DNA of 64,000 bases from Candidatus Micrarchaeia archaeon. Its GTDB lineage: Archaea > Micrarchaeota > Micrarchaeia > CABMEP01. Both the position numbers and the translations under genes were made by a program. A model generated the notes under the pieces. It had not been told where the DNA came from. It saw only the letters and a list, made by a program, of their open reading frames with translations, and searched no databases. Of the stretch, positions 1-9,466 are shown in pieces. The stretch spans positions 6,390 through 70,389 of the forward strand of contig JAVZRC010000004.1 of assembly GCA_038880755.1 (NCBI GenBank). The letters are read 5' to 3'. Every line of letters starts with the position of its first letter. Position 1 is the first letter of the stretch.

Positions 1-199
1 AAAATAAGAATAACATTACATCTATATCTATACTTTCTATTGCTGAAGATAAAGAGATCTCATTTAAAGCTATAACCGAAATTGCGCCTAAAAGCATTAT
101 CTGCCATATCTCAATATTAAGGTTGAGTAGTTGCCTAAGAGTAATTAAAAATAAAACAATTATCAAGATAACTATAGGAATAGCGATTATAGAAACCAA
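1..199 (-). CDS. Partial CDS (N-terminal part, runs off the left edge): polytopic membrane protein, possibly an ArsB/NhaD-type permease
   Basis: Open minus-strand frame from a TTG at 199 to the window edge. It reads LVSIIAIPIVILIIVLFLITLRQLLNLNIEIWQIMLLGAISVIALNEISLSSAIESIDIDVMLFLF. The sequence is hydrophobic and resembles permease N-termini. The family assignment is a guess. Confidence 0.3.
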   Translation of the reverse strand, partial: MVSIIAIPIVILIIVLFLITLRQLLNLNIEIWQIMLLGAISVIALNEISLSSAIESIDIDVMLFLF

Positions 200-218
200 C
201 TTTTCACCTTACCAAAAA

Positions 219-3200
219 CTACATGAACTCTGCAAGATTGAACTGCTTGCTTGTTTCATCTTCGAATATAGATTGTATGTCTCTTTCAAGAAGCTGGATC
301 CTTTGCCTTAGATAATTTGGAAGATTATACTCATCTATCAAATTCTTAGTTATCTTAAGATACTTTTCTATTCCACCCCTATTCACAGTCAATAGAAGCT
401 TACCTCCGCATTTTGTACATTTTCCTGATAATGGAACTCTTCTATATTTCATATTGCAATCCACACATCTAACTTGCTGTGTGCTAAAGGAACGCAGATT
501 GCCATAGAGATCTGGAAGAAAGTGGCTCATTATAAGACGCTCGGCAGCATCTCTTGCATCTACTGCAGCAATTTTCTTTGCCAAACCTAATTGTGCACTT
601 ATTTTGTCTTTCATTGATTTAAGATACACGTATTGAGTTGTAAGTGCACCGTTATTCATATCTGGAGTATAATGAGTGAACCATAAATTATACGTTTCAT
701 TCTCCTTTCCTAATCTATCTGAAACGATCTCGATCTTGCATTCAGAAGGATGTGCAAATCTCCAGCTTGCTTCATAAAATGAAGATGGAAATCCTTGTAC
801 TACTTCCAATGCATGTACCTGGTCGTCAACCTCTGAAGGATCAATATGGGTCATCATAACAATTGGTGCATCCATCTGTCCTCCTCTTGTTACTGGAAGG
901 TAATGCTTTGAAAAGTTTAGCAATCCATCCATAAGAAGCATTATTGCATTCTCATCTCCATCACAATTGTGAGATAAAAGCATTCCCTTTCCACAGGCAA
1001 ATATCTTATCCTTATCTGATTCCAACTGAATGTCATAAACATATGGTTCAGGCAGGCATGACGAATCAAGATATTCCAATGATTTTATTTCCAAAACTCT
1101 GATGTCTTTTTCTGATTTGATGTATCTTCTAACTGTATTTAGTACCTTGTCTGTCTCTTTATCTTTTTTGATTAATTTCTCTATCACTTTCAATTTTCTG
1201 CCTTTTTCACCGATCAGATTAATTTTAGAGGCAATCTTTTTAGAATCGATTGAATATAAGCATACATAGTGCAGAGTAGTTTTTGGTGGCTCTCTTCCTA
1301 ATTTCTGATATCTATCTATTAAGAACTTGCTTGTGGTTGGTCTATCTTTTTCAATCTTTAATGTTGGTGACATTCCTAATCTAGTCAGTAGGAAATACAT
1401 TTTGGAGGCAAGCTTTTCTGACACAGTACAATACTTTACTTCACAATCATATACATTACCATCACCTTGATAGCATCCTCCCAAGAAAGCATAAATCTTT
1501 TCTTCCGGAAGATTAAATATCCAATCTGGAATGTCTTTAGTGTATGCATTATTTCCAAATTTGAGCTTTTCAGTAAAGAGTTTGTAGTATATTTTGCTTG
1601 TAATATAAACTCCTTTTTCATCTTCATATACAGGAACTTTTAGTGAGTGAATTATACAATTCTTAATATCCTGTCTAATTATTGGATCTGAAGCAGCTAT
1701 ACCTATATGATAGGATTCTTTGCCCTTTTTACTCGAACGCCATGCCCATCCTTCCGATATGTAATATCCAAATAATCTAAGCAATTTGTCTGTAATTTTT
1801 ATTTTTAAAGGAACTTTACCAAAGTTTCTCTTGAAACCTAACCAAAAATTATTTTCGCCTTCTTGTTTCAATTTCACATAAGAATACAATGGAATACTGT
1901 AAGGGGCCCTATAAAAGCTATTAATTATCTGTCTCTTCGACATATTAAGGTAGTCTCCTAGAGTTTTTAGATTTTTACCAAATCGCTTAATAACTTCTTT
2001 AGCAAATGATTTATTTGTTCTAACTGTCATTTTCACTGATTCTTTATCTTCCAAAAAAAACTCAAGTAGATCTAATTCATCTAATTGATTGACTTTATTT
2101 GGTTCATTGATTAGCGGGTTTTCTAAATTAACTTTATTCAATGAAGCAAGTAAATCATTTTCTGATAACTCTCTTACTCGTTTCTCTTTAAGTTGCTTGG
2201 TTTTGGGATCAAATACCCAAACTCTATGGTCTGGAGTAGCAATTATCTCCTGATTGTTCTGTGCAATAATCTTTACCAACTGCCCGGAATAAGGCTTTCT
2301 CATTATGAATTTTATTTTCTTTTCTTCCGCATTGCCATTTATGTCTGTACCTAATGCAAATACATTTTGATCTGTAAGATCAATCAACTCCCATTTTCCA
2401 TCAATTATCTTTGGTAAGTCTGGCCTCTTGGAATATCTAATAAACATTTCTGAGATGGTTGATGCATGCAGTTCTTCATCATTTTTATAGTACATCATTG
2501 TATTTCCTTGGAGGCAGTCACGACGACTTGCTGCAAATAAATATGGATGCGCATAACATACGTGTGCTTTTGTTGTTCCTATTATTCTGCTAGCAATGCC
2601 ACAAGAAGTATGCGGAGAAAGCTCTATAACCAAATGACCTATTATGTCTCTGTCTTCCTTCAAATTATAATACGGAGGAAGGCCGTAGATCTTGACCAGT
2701 TCATCATCTACAAATCTTGCAACCCTTGCCATGTATTTAAGGCATCTCTCTGATACTATCATATCATGCGGAAGAAGTTCCACGAGTTGATCCTCACTCT
2801 TTAGTTCATTTCCATATGCATCTTTGAGATAACCTAACTCTCTGAGCTTTGAAACTGGGGTTCCTATTTCGCGTGGATAAAAGTGAGTAACTGGAACATT
2901 TGTTGCATCAAATCTACATGTTCCATCTTTGAAAACAGAAACATCATGGACTGCTCTTAATATTCCTTTTTCTAAAGGCTCTGGAATCTTCAATTCGCTT
3001 ACCAATCCGTTCACGCATTTTACTTCTTCTGGAAGTACTTTTGTTTTAGCTGCTGCATCTTCCACAATCTCAACTATATTTATTGGTCTTGAATCATAGA
3101 AAACTGTCTTGGATTTTATCTCTTTTCCTGGCTTTGTCTGCACTGTAGAGCATATGTGAAATTCTGTTGCTGATGGTTTGCCGCATTTGCTGCATATTCT

Positions 3201-5252
3201 CTCTGGCTTTGTCTGCTTTCCGCATCTTTGGCATTTTCTTGAGAACGACAAACCGCCACAGAATGGACAGCGCATTCTTGCTATTTCTACTGTGACATCA
3301 TATTTTAGCTTCCTTGCTTTTGCATCTTTATATGCCTTAATTATGTTGCGAGTCTTGCCGCCTGCATTTCCAATTGGAAATAGAGAATGAACAGCAGGTT
3401 TCATATGTCGCTCTCTTGATTTTTCAGGCCTTCCCATTCTGCTCCCTATCCACGTACCTGCCTTGTCCCTAATTTTTATTCCAGAAAGAATTGAAACTAG
3501 ATCAACAGACCTTCCTTTTTCTTCGTCTGATTGTAATTTCAAACAATAATCATCTACCTTTTTCATAAGAGAATTTACCAACGATTTATCTGGTTTTTGT
3601 CCTGGCTGCAAACCTAAAGAAATGAATATTGATTTTGCATTTTCTCCTTCTATTATTATCTGATCTCTTTCTACCCTATGAGGAACTAGAAGTTTTTCAA
3701 GGATACTTTTTGCAGGGTCATATACTACTCTAAGCTCTTTTGGATTCAGAGGATTTAATAAGTCTGATTTCCATTCACCTGAAGAAAGCCAGTGTATCAA
3801 TTCCTTAACTTCATCATTCGATATGTTAGACCAGAAGAACGTAAATTTTGGATGCAAAGGAATGCCTGTCTCCTTTGAGATCTTTAGTGCAGTATCAAAA
3901 TCAACCTTATATGGATCTATATTAGAATAAATATTCTTCAGTTCTTGTTTCAATTCGATTGCATCTCTCAATTCCTCAAGCCACCATTCCTCATTATATC
4001 CTGCCGGGAGCAGAGGTGAATTTGATTTAAGGAAATCGCCGTATGAAACAAGAATGTCTCCAATGAAAAGAACTGTATGTACATTGTCCTTTATCTTTTC
4101 TGCATGCTCTCTGGATTCCACCCTAACAACTGAACCATCCTTAAGTCTAACAACTGGTGGTTCGATCGTCTCGCAAGGAGTGAGAACACATCCTTTTCCA
4201 GGTCTTTCAAGCTTGAATTGAGTTCCTATCGCTGGAAATGAATCAAGTATTATCATTGTAGCAGGATGTATTCCCTTCGCCATAAACCCGCTAAGCCTTG
4301 TTCTTCCGTATCTTAACCTGAATCCTCCGAATCTAGATGGATATGCAATTACTGGCCTACCTGCTACAACCTCTTCTATGTATTTTGGATTTGGCTCAAT
4401 CTTTGTAACTTTTGCTTCCTTTGCTTTTGGTGCTTTTATAACTGATTCAAGCCAGCTCCAATCAATTCCAAGCTTCTTTGCCTGGCCAAGAACCTTTGCT
4501 GCCTTCTGTGCAATTCCTTCACAAAGGACAAGGGCCATTCCTCCCCTTATCCTATTCGTCTCTATCCCCGGCACATTTCTATATGCACCCACTTCAAACT
4601 CTTCTGTTGGATCTCCTGTTACACATACAGGACAATTTCTCACTATGTGCCTAAACTCATCATCTGAAGGCTTGTATTGCAATCTTGCTGCCCTTGCATC
4701 ATAAAGTTCCATCTCCTCAAGATATCGTTCAACAGCGGTGTCTGTAGGTCTCCATTCTGCAAGGCCAATCTTTCTTCTAAGAAAATCTGCCAAGAGAACG
4801 CTAAGCGCTGCTGCGGTTCCCCCTGCAGATCTTATTGGACCTGAATAATAAACAGCAAGATACTCTGTGCCATCCTGATTCTGATGAATTTTAACACTTG
4901 AAATACCTTCAGTAGGAGCAACCAGAACTCCTTCTGTAAGAACTGCTGTCCCTGTTCTTAATGCCTGCTCTATAAGCTTCTCTTTCCCACCGAAATCTCC
5001 GAACTTTCCTTCTATGACTGCCTCAGCTGCCATAAATGCAATCTGTGTTCTTGATTTGTCATGCGGCAATGAACGTATGTATTCTGCGATTCCTTTTGGC
5101 CCTACAATTCCCTCCACTCTGGCTGCAAGATCTGGAGCAGGCACTATTTCAACTGAATCTGAAGGATCTATGCCTTTCTTCCTTGCCTCTGTTGCAATCT
5201 CATATATCTTTGAAATTTGCGACTTCATGTATTCGTCTGCAGAGTTAATCAT
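219..5252 (-). CDS. polC: DNA polymerase II (PolD) large subunit DP2, interrupted by an intein
   Basis: N-terminus EYMKSQISKIYEIATEARKKGIDPSDSVEIVPAPDLAARVEGIVGPKG matches archaeal DP2. Zn-finger clusters CPFCGG..CQRCG and CSKCGK are present, as is the RRD/CDGDEN catalytic motif. The ORF track starts at 5309, but the ATG at 5252 lies 4 nt after the DP1 stop and matches DP2 N-termini. Confidence 0.95.
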   Translation of the reverse strand: MINSADEYMKSQISKIYEIATEARKKGIDPSDSVEIVPAPDLAARVEGIVGPKGIAEYIRSLPHDKSRTQIAFMAAEAVIEGKFGDFGGKEKLIEQALRTGTAVLTEGVLVAPTEGISSVKIHQNQDGTEYLAVYYSGPIRSAGGTAAALSVLLADFLRRKIGLAEWRPTDTAVERYLEEMELYDARAARLQYKPSDDEFRHIVRNCPVCVTGDPTEEFEVGAYRNVPGIETNRIRGGMALVLCEGIAQKAAKVLGQAKKLGIDWSWLESVIKAPKAKEAKVTKIEPNPKYIEEVVAGRPVIAYPSRFGGFRLRYGRTRLSGFMAKGIHPATMIILDSFPAIGTQFKLERPGKGCVLTPCETIEPPVVRLKDGSVVRVESREHAEKIKDNVHTVLFIGDILVSYGDFLKSNSPLLPAGYNEEWWLEELRDAIELKQELKNIYSNIDPYKVDFDTALKISKETGIPLHPKFTFFWSNISNDEVKELIHWLSSGEWKSDLLNPLNPKELRVVYDPAKSILEKLLVPHRVERDQIIIEGENAKSIFISLGLQPGQKPDKSLVNSLMKKVDDYCLKLQSDEEKGRSVDLVSILSGIKIRDKAGTWIGSRMGRPEKSRERHMKPAVHSLFPIGNAGGKTRNIIKAYKDAKARKLKYDVTVEIARMRCPFCGGLSFSRKCQRCGKQTKPERICSKCGKPSATEFHICSTVQTKPGKEIKSKTVFYDSRPINIVEIVEDAAAKTKVLPEEVKCVNGLVSELKIPEPLEKGILRAVHDVSVFKDGTCRFDATNVPVTHFYPREIGTPVSKLRELGYLKDAYGNELKSEDQLVELLPHDMIVSERCLKYMARVARFVDDELVKIYGLPPYYNLKEDRDIIGHLVIELSPHTSCGIASRIIGTTKAHVCYAHPYLFAASRRDCLQGNTMMYYKNDEELHASTISEMFIRYSKRPDLPKIIDGKWELIDLTDQNVFALGTDINGNAEEKKIKFIMRKPYSGQLVKIIAQNNQEIIATPDHRVWVFDPKTKQLKEKRVRELSENDLLASLNKVNLENPLINEPNKVNQLDELDLLEFFLEDKESVKMTVRTNKSFAKEVIKRFGKNLKTLGDYLNMSKRQIINSFYRAPYSIPLYSYVKLKQEGENNFWLGFKRNFGKVPLKIKITDKLLRLFGYYISEGWAWRSSKKGKESYHIGIAASDPIIRQDIKNCIIHSLKVPVYEDEKGVYITSKIYYKLFTEKLKFGNNAYTKDIPDWIFNLPEEKIYAFLGGCYQGDGNVYDCEVKYCTVSEKLASKMYFLLTRLGMSPTLKIEKDRPTTSKFLIDRYQKLGREPPKTTLHYVCLYSIDSKKIASKINLIGEKGRKLKVIEKLIKKDKETDKVLNTVRRYIKSEKDIRVLEIKSLEYLDSSCLPEPYVYDIQLESDKDKIFACGKGMLLSHNCDGDENAIMLLMDGLLNFSKHYLPVTRGGQMDAPIVMMTHIDPSEVDDQVHALEVVQGFPSSFYEASWRFAHPSECKIEIVSDRLGKENETYNLWFTHYTPDMNNGALTTQYVYLKSMKDKISAQLGLAKKIAAVDARDAAERLIMSHFLPDLYGNLRSFSTQQVRCVDCNMKYRRVPLSGKCTKCGGKLLLTVNRGGIEKYLKITKNLIDEYNLPNYLRQRIQLLERDIQSIFEDETSKQFNLAEFM
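966..2516 (-). mobile_element. Intein (517 aa) with LAGLIDADG homing endonuclease in PolD DP2
   Basis: The extein motif AASRRD|CLQGNT...LLSHN|CDGDEN is split by the insert. The insert starts with Cys, has block B ATPDHRVWV, LAGLIDADG blocks LFGYYISEGWA and FLGGCYQGDGNV, and ends HN with a +1 Cys. It is in frame: aa 932-1448 of the ORF. Confidence 0.9.
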
Positions 5253-5256
5253 ATTA

Positions 5257-6744
5257 TCACTCAAATGCAACTTCACTTGTTGAGAAATCAACATGCGAAA
5301 CTCTTGCATTATGCATGTCGTAAATTCCCATTATTGCAGGGGTTGGGCTGAAACCTCTTCTTAACTGCCATGCGGTTGTCTTGTCAATCCATGTTCCTCC
5401 ATTCATTATCACACAACCCCTGTATTCTCCATATCCTATCTTATGAATGTGGCCAGTAAGAAACATGTCTATCTCTTCTATGAACATATAATCCTGATGT
5501 TCAGGGACAATCATACTCTTATCGAATATTGGAGACATGCTTCTTGTCTTTAAAAGCTCTATTGCAATCTCTTCAGGTCTTGCAAGTGACAATCCTTGAA
5601 CATCCTGAACTAAGGATTCCATTGTATAACCATGATACATCTGTACCTTCAATCCTTCAATATTCATGAATGCAGGATTTCCAACTGAATATGTTCTTCC
5701 GTCTTTTGCAAGCATGTCTTCTCCCAAAGAGGGCTGAGGCTCTGCATGCCTTACTGCATCATGATTTCCTGGGATTGCAATTATCTTTATATGGTCTGGA
5801 ACAAGCTCTAGGAACTGATTGAGAACTTTATATTGCTCGTAAACATCTTTTATAATGAGTTCTTTGTCCTGATTCGGATAGATGCCTATCCCATCTACTA
5901 AATCACCTCCTAAAAGCAAGTATCCCACTTTTTCTGCCAATTCTTTATGTGGGCCTGAACCATTAAGCCATTTGATCATATTCTCAAAATTCTTTGCCAT
6001 GAAATGAGAGCTCCCTACATGTATATCAGATATGAATGCAATAGCCATCTCCTTTTCTATCTTTTTCTTTTCTTTGAATGGAAGATCAGGCCAGGTAACA
6101 TCTGCAAGAATATTAAGGTTGGTTCCTTTCTTAATGTCGAATGCCAGAATCTCGTCATTAACTATCCTGTTGCTTTTTTCAAAAACCTGCTTGTTATCCT
6201 GGTTGTTAAGGACAAGAACCGCTAATGGGCCGGTTGGATCTTCTATCTGAAGCATTATGTGCTTGTTCTTTGTAATTGTTTTTGAAGAAACTATCCCTAT
6301 AACCCTCACTGTGTCTCCAACCTTCACATCTCCAAACTTCTCTATATCAATCAATGGAAATTTCACATTTGTTCTAGATACAAATAGATCCCTTATTTTC
6401 CTGTACCTGTCATTGAAATATTTTACAAAATCATCAAGCTCTCCCTTGCACTTTGATTTTCCCGTGATATCATGATCTTCGTAAATTCTGAATTCATGGC
6501 CATATTCCTTTGCAGTAGGATGAAAATCTGAAGAGCGCTTTACTTCAACAAAATCTGGCTTTTTGATCTGGTTGGTCAGTTCTCTTATGTCTGTTTCTGA
6601 AATAAAAGGAGAAGGAAGTGCTGCTATTTTCTCTATTATCTCTATTATTTGTTCGTCTTTAAGCTCTTTTAATGCCTCTGCCGCACCAGGCTTCAGAAGC
6701 TTGTTCTTCTGCCTGACTAGGCGATTGATTTCTTGAATATCCAT
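5257..6744 (-). CDS. polB: DNA polymerase II (PolD) small subunit DP1 (Mre11-like phosphoesterase)
   Basis: Calcineurin-like motifs are present: AFISDIHVGS, LLGGDLVDGIG, IPGNHD, GHIH. It sits immediately upstream of DP2. SD-like AGTGAT lies before the ATG. Confidence 0.9.
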   Translation of the reverse strand: MDIQEINRLVRQKNKLLKPGAAEALKELKDEQIIEIIEKIAALPSPFISETDIRELTNQIKKPDFVEVKRSSDFHPTAKEYGHEFRIYEDHDITGKSKCKGELDDFVKYFNDRYRKIRDLFVSRTNVKFPLIDIEKFGDVKVGDTVRVIGIVSSKTITKNKHIMLQIEDPTGPLAVLVLNNQDNKQVFEKSNRIVNDEILAFDIKKGTNLNILADVTWPDLPFKEKKKIEKEMAIAFISDIHVGSSHFMAKNFENMIKWLNGSGPHKELAEKVGYLLLGGDLVDGIGIYPNQDKELIIKDVYEQYKVLNQFLELVPDHIKIIAIPGNHDAVRHAEPQPSLGEDMLAKDGRTYSVGNPAFMNIEGLKVQMYHGYTMESLVQDVQGLSLARPEEIAIELLKTRSMSPIFDKSMIVPEHQDYMFIEEIDMFLTGHIHKIGYGEYRGCVIMNGGTWIDKTTAWQLRRGFSPTPAIMGIYDMHNARVSHVDFSTSEVAFE

Positions 6745-6934
6745 AAAATCACTGATGCTTACGCATCAAAACACGCGCATAAGACGCAGTGTCACAAAAG
6801 AATATTATGTTATTGCAGCTATGTATTTTTATATCTTGTCTAAGTTCGCTTCTAGTGATTATGTTTTAGAAAAATAGCTAGCGGTTAGGTTCAGAAAAAA
6901 GAAAGATTAAATACTCTTAACAATAAAGAATATT

Positions 6935-8275
6935 ATGGCTCAGCTGGCAATAGAACCAATAAAACAAGATATTTATTTAGAACAAGCAAAGAAAGTATTT
7001 GAATCAGCAAACATAAAAGCAAATGAAAATGAAATTAGAAAGATACAGGAATTTCTGAAAAAAAGTGAAAGATGGGTTTCATTGCAAATAAACCTAACAA
7101 AAATTTTATTGAATACTAAGGATAAAGAACTGCTTTTGAAGATTATTGACACTATTGACAAATTAGAGACCGATTCAAAAATTAAAGCACAGCTATTGAG
7201 TGGAATCGCAAATCTTTCTGATGATAAAATTAAAAGTGAGATTAATGCAGCTGTTCATTACATCCAAACTGAAGAGATGGAAAAAATAATTCCTAATTAT
7301 GAAAGCATATGCGGATTGGATGAAATTGTTTTTAGAATAGGAAGGCTTGGGATAAGAAAGAATAGGAGGGAAATGAAAGAGATAATGAAGATTTTTAATG
7401 AGAAAGAAACTGTGGATGCGGTAAAGAAACTAACTGAAAAATATAAAGATGCTGAACAGAAAGCAATTGCTGCAGGAGAAGTCATTCACTTGATATCCAA
7501 TTCAGAAATTAAGGATTTCATAGAATTAAGAAATAATATCATCGAAATAATACCTTTGGTAAAAGAAGAATACAATATAACACATTTCGGAAGGCATTCC
7601 TCAGGATTCATTTTGCAGCTATATAACTATGCAAAAAGCACTATGGGCAGTGAAACTGAAAAAGAGGGAAGTGAAAATAGTAAAAAGGAAAAGAAAAAGG
7701 AGAGAATTTTTATATTCGCTTATTCTTATTCTGACCACAACGGTGCATTCTACGGCGACTCAAAGCATAATGATGCATTAAGCAAATATGGAAAGACCAT
7801 CGCAGTAGAGGCAAGTAGTGATGTTGAACTCATGCTAATGATTGAAAAGATGTACAAGAAACATGGCTCTTTCAATGGGATTTTTATCGCAGGACATGGA
7901 GAGCCAACAAGAGTAAAATTAGGAAAGGAAGATAAGCCTTACTCTCTTTTTGATGTCAGCGACTATGACATTATGTCTAAGATAGGAAGCATGATTGATA
8001 AAGAAGATAAAAACAGCTTTATTGCGCTCATCTCCTGTTCAACTGGAAATGAGCAAAGCACAAGATCTCTGGCAAATATAATGGCATCTGCAGCAAGTGT
8101 ACCTTATGTTTATGCACCAGAAGACAGTTTTACAAAGTATAGCCTAAATATTGAAGAAGAAAATAAAGGAAAAAAGAAAAAAACAGGCAAAAAAATAACG
8201 GAAGAAAGAATAACAGTAGCTTATTATCGTGAAAAAGGAACAGTACAGACAATGGAATTTGGAATCAAAAAATAG
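6935..8275 (+). CDS. Hypothetical protein with a C-terminal caspase/CHAT-like His-Cys dyad domain
   Basis: The N-terminal half is helical. The C-terminal part has GIFIAGHGEP, then about 47 aa, then SFIALISCSTGN. This is the strand-HG / strand-C pattern of clan CD peptidases. Confidence 0.45.
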   Translation: MAQLAIEPIKQDIYLEQAKKVFESANIKANENEIRKIQEFLKKSERWVSLQINLTKILLNTKDKELLLKIIDTIDKLETDSKIKAQLLSGIANLSDDKIKSEINAAVHYIQTEEMEKIIPNYESICGLDEIVFRIGRLGIRKNRREMKEIMKIFNEKETVDAVKKLTEKYKDAEQKAIAAGEVIHLISNSEIKDFIELRNNIIEIIPLVKEEYNITHFGRHSSGFILQLYNYAKSTMGSETEKEGSENSKKEKKKERIFIFAYSYSDHNGAFYGDSKHNDALSKYGKTIAVEASSDVELMLMIEKMYKKHGSFNGIFIAGHGEPTRVKLGKEDKPYSLFDVSDYDIMSKIGSMIDKEDKNSFIALISCSTGNEQSTRSLANIMASAASVPYVYAPEDSFTKYSLNIEEENKGKKKKTGKKITEERITVAYYREKGTVQTMEFGIKK

Positions 8276-8350
8276 AATAAAGGATGGAGAGAATAAGGTC
8301 AAGATTAAAAAAATTATAAATTATAGGAATAATCTAGTTAGAAAATAAAA

Positions 8351-8614
8351 CTAATTAGAAATAGATTCTAATGCAGAAAGAATCTGCCATACTTGGGTTC
8401 TTGCATGCTGAGGAAGGTTTATATCTTCGCTTATTTCTTGAATGTAATAAATAGCTGCTCCTGCTCTGATTGTCGGGTCTCCTTTCTCCGTCAATCTCTT
8501 TTTTGCATCCTCAATTGCTTTCTTTACATTTCTTGGGACGCTCATGTCTTCGAGCATAAGATCAATAAGTGATATTATCTGGGAAATTTTCTGTTCTTTA
8601 TCGTTCTTAGGCAT
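8351..8614 (-). CDS. UPF0147 family small archaeal protein
   Basis: 87 aa. DMSVPRNVKKAIEDAKKRL...IRAGAAIYYIQEISEDINLPQHARTQVWQILSALE matches the conserved UPF0147 pattern. GAGGTGG SD is present. Confidence 0.75.
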   Translation of the reverse strand: MPKNDKEQKISQIISLIDLMLEDMSVPRNVKKAIEDAKKRLTEKGDPTIRAGAAIYYIQEISEDINLPQHARTQVWQILSALESISN

Positions 8615-8648
8615 AAAACCACCTCGGATGCCATTCAGATTGACTAAG

Positions 8649-8797
8649 CGGGCCCAGAGGGATTCGAACCCTCGACCTTCAGCTTGCTTCGAAACTTTTC
8701 CTTTGAGAAAGTTTCATCAAAAACCCTCTGATGAAACTCTTTTCTTAAAAGAGTTTCTTAGAAGGCTGCCGCTCTATCCAGGCTGAGCTATGGGCCC
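8649..8797 (-). tRNA. tRNA-Arg(UCU) with a 74-nt intron at the canonical 37/38 position
   Basis: Minus-strand parts: GGGCCCA/UGGGCCC acceptor, GCUC..GAGC D arm, GCAGC-CUUCUAA-GCUGA anticodon arm after intron removal, and GAGGG-UUCGAAU-CCCUC T arm. A BHB can be drawn: 4-bp CUUC/GAAG helix flanked by 3-nt bulges UAA and CAA. No encoded CCA. Confidence 0.85.
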
Positions 8798-8891
8798 ATG
8801 AGATATATATTGTATAACTGCATTAAAAATACTAACAATTATTGACTGTTTAAATTTAAAAAGATTAGTATTTGACCTCTCGATTATTATA

Positions 8892-9416
8892 TTATTTTTT
8901 CCTTGACTTGTATGCTGCTACAACTATTTCGGCGATCTGCTCTGGTGTGAATTTCTCTGTATTTATCTCAAGATCGAAATTTGAATGTACGAAAATATCT
9001 ATTCCATACAATGCAAGATATCTTCCTCTATTGTGATTGTCTCTCTCTTGAACGTGCTTCATTGCCTGTCTTAGTCCCATTCCATCCCTTATAGAAATCC
9101 TTTCAGCTCTTACCTTTTGAGAAGCAGACAACCAGACTCTTAATTTTGCCTCTGGCAGAAGCCATGGGCCTAACCAAGTAGAGATTACTGAGTCTGTTTT
9201 CCTTGCCTCCTTTGAAACCATCTTGTCAAATTCTCTGTCGATAGTAAGGTCTTTCTCAACATAAGCATGGTACTCCATAAGAGATATGCCCATCTGCTTT
9301 GCTGCATCCTTGAATGAAAGCTTTACTCTATTGAAACCTAGTTTTTTCGCAACAAGATCTGCCACCGTATCCTTTCCTGATCCAACCAATCCGCTAATGC
9401 ATATTATTTCAACCAT
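8892..9416 (-). CDS. cmk: Cytidylate kinase, archaeal type
   Basis: P-loop ISGLVGSGKDTVA. 174 aa. Overall similarity to archaeal CMP kinase, and the usual position next to the DUF106 gene. Confidence 0.75.
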   Translation of the reverse strand: MVEIICISGLVGSGKDTVADLVAKKLGFNRVKLSFKDAAKQMGISLMEYHAYVEKDLTIDREFDKMVSKEARKTDSVISTWLGPWLLPEAKLRVWLSASQKVRAERISIRDGMGLRQAMKHVQERDNHNRGRYLALYGIDIFVHSNFDLEINTEKFTPEQIAEIVVAAYKSRKK

Positions 9417-9466
9417 AAAATCTCCTCTCTTTGGAAAACATTTAGAAAATTGGATTTAAAATGATC

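Noticed and set aside
123-311. 62-aa plus-strand ORF.
   Set aside because: It overlaps the 3' end of DP2 and the start of the partial membrane protein gene on the opposite strand, and has no SD.
6745-6934. Spacer upstream of the PolD operon with a TGATGC-TTAC-GCATCA hairpin, considered as an origin as in Pyrococcus.
   Set aside because: There is no cdc6/orc1 gene here and no repeated ORB elements. A single short hairpin is not sufficient.
8700-8745. A UGAUGA sequence inside the tRNA-Arg intron, suggesting an intron-encoded C/D box guide like the one in some tRNA-Trp introns.
   Set aside because: The only downstream CUGA is 31 nt away, in exon 2. There is no C'/D' pair and no 12-nt guide spacing.
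8544-8786. 80-aa plus-strand ORF.
   Set aside because: It overlaps the intron-containing tRNA-Arg on the opposite strand. Its GC-rich codons derive from the tRNA sequence.
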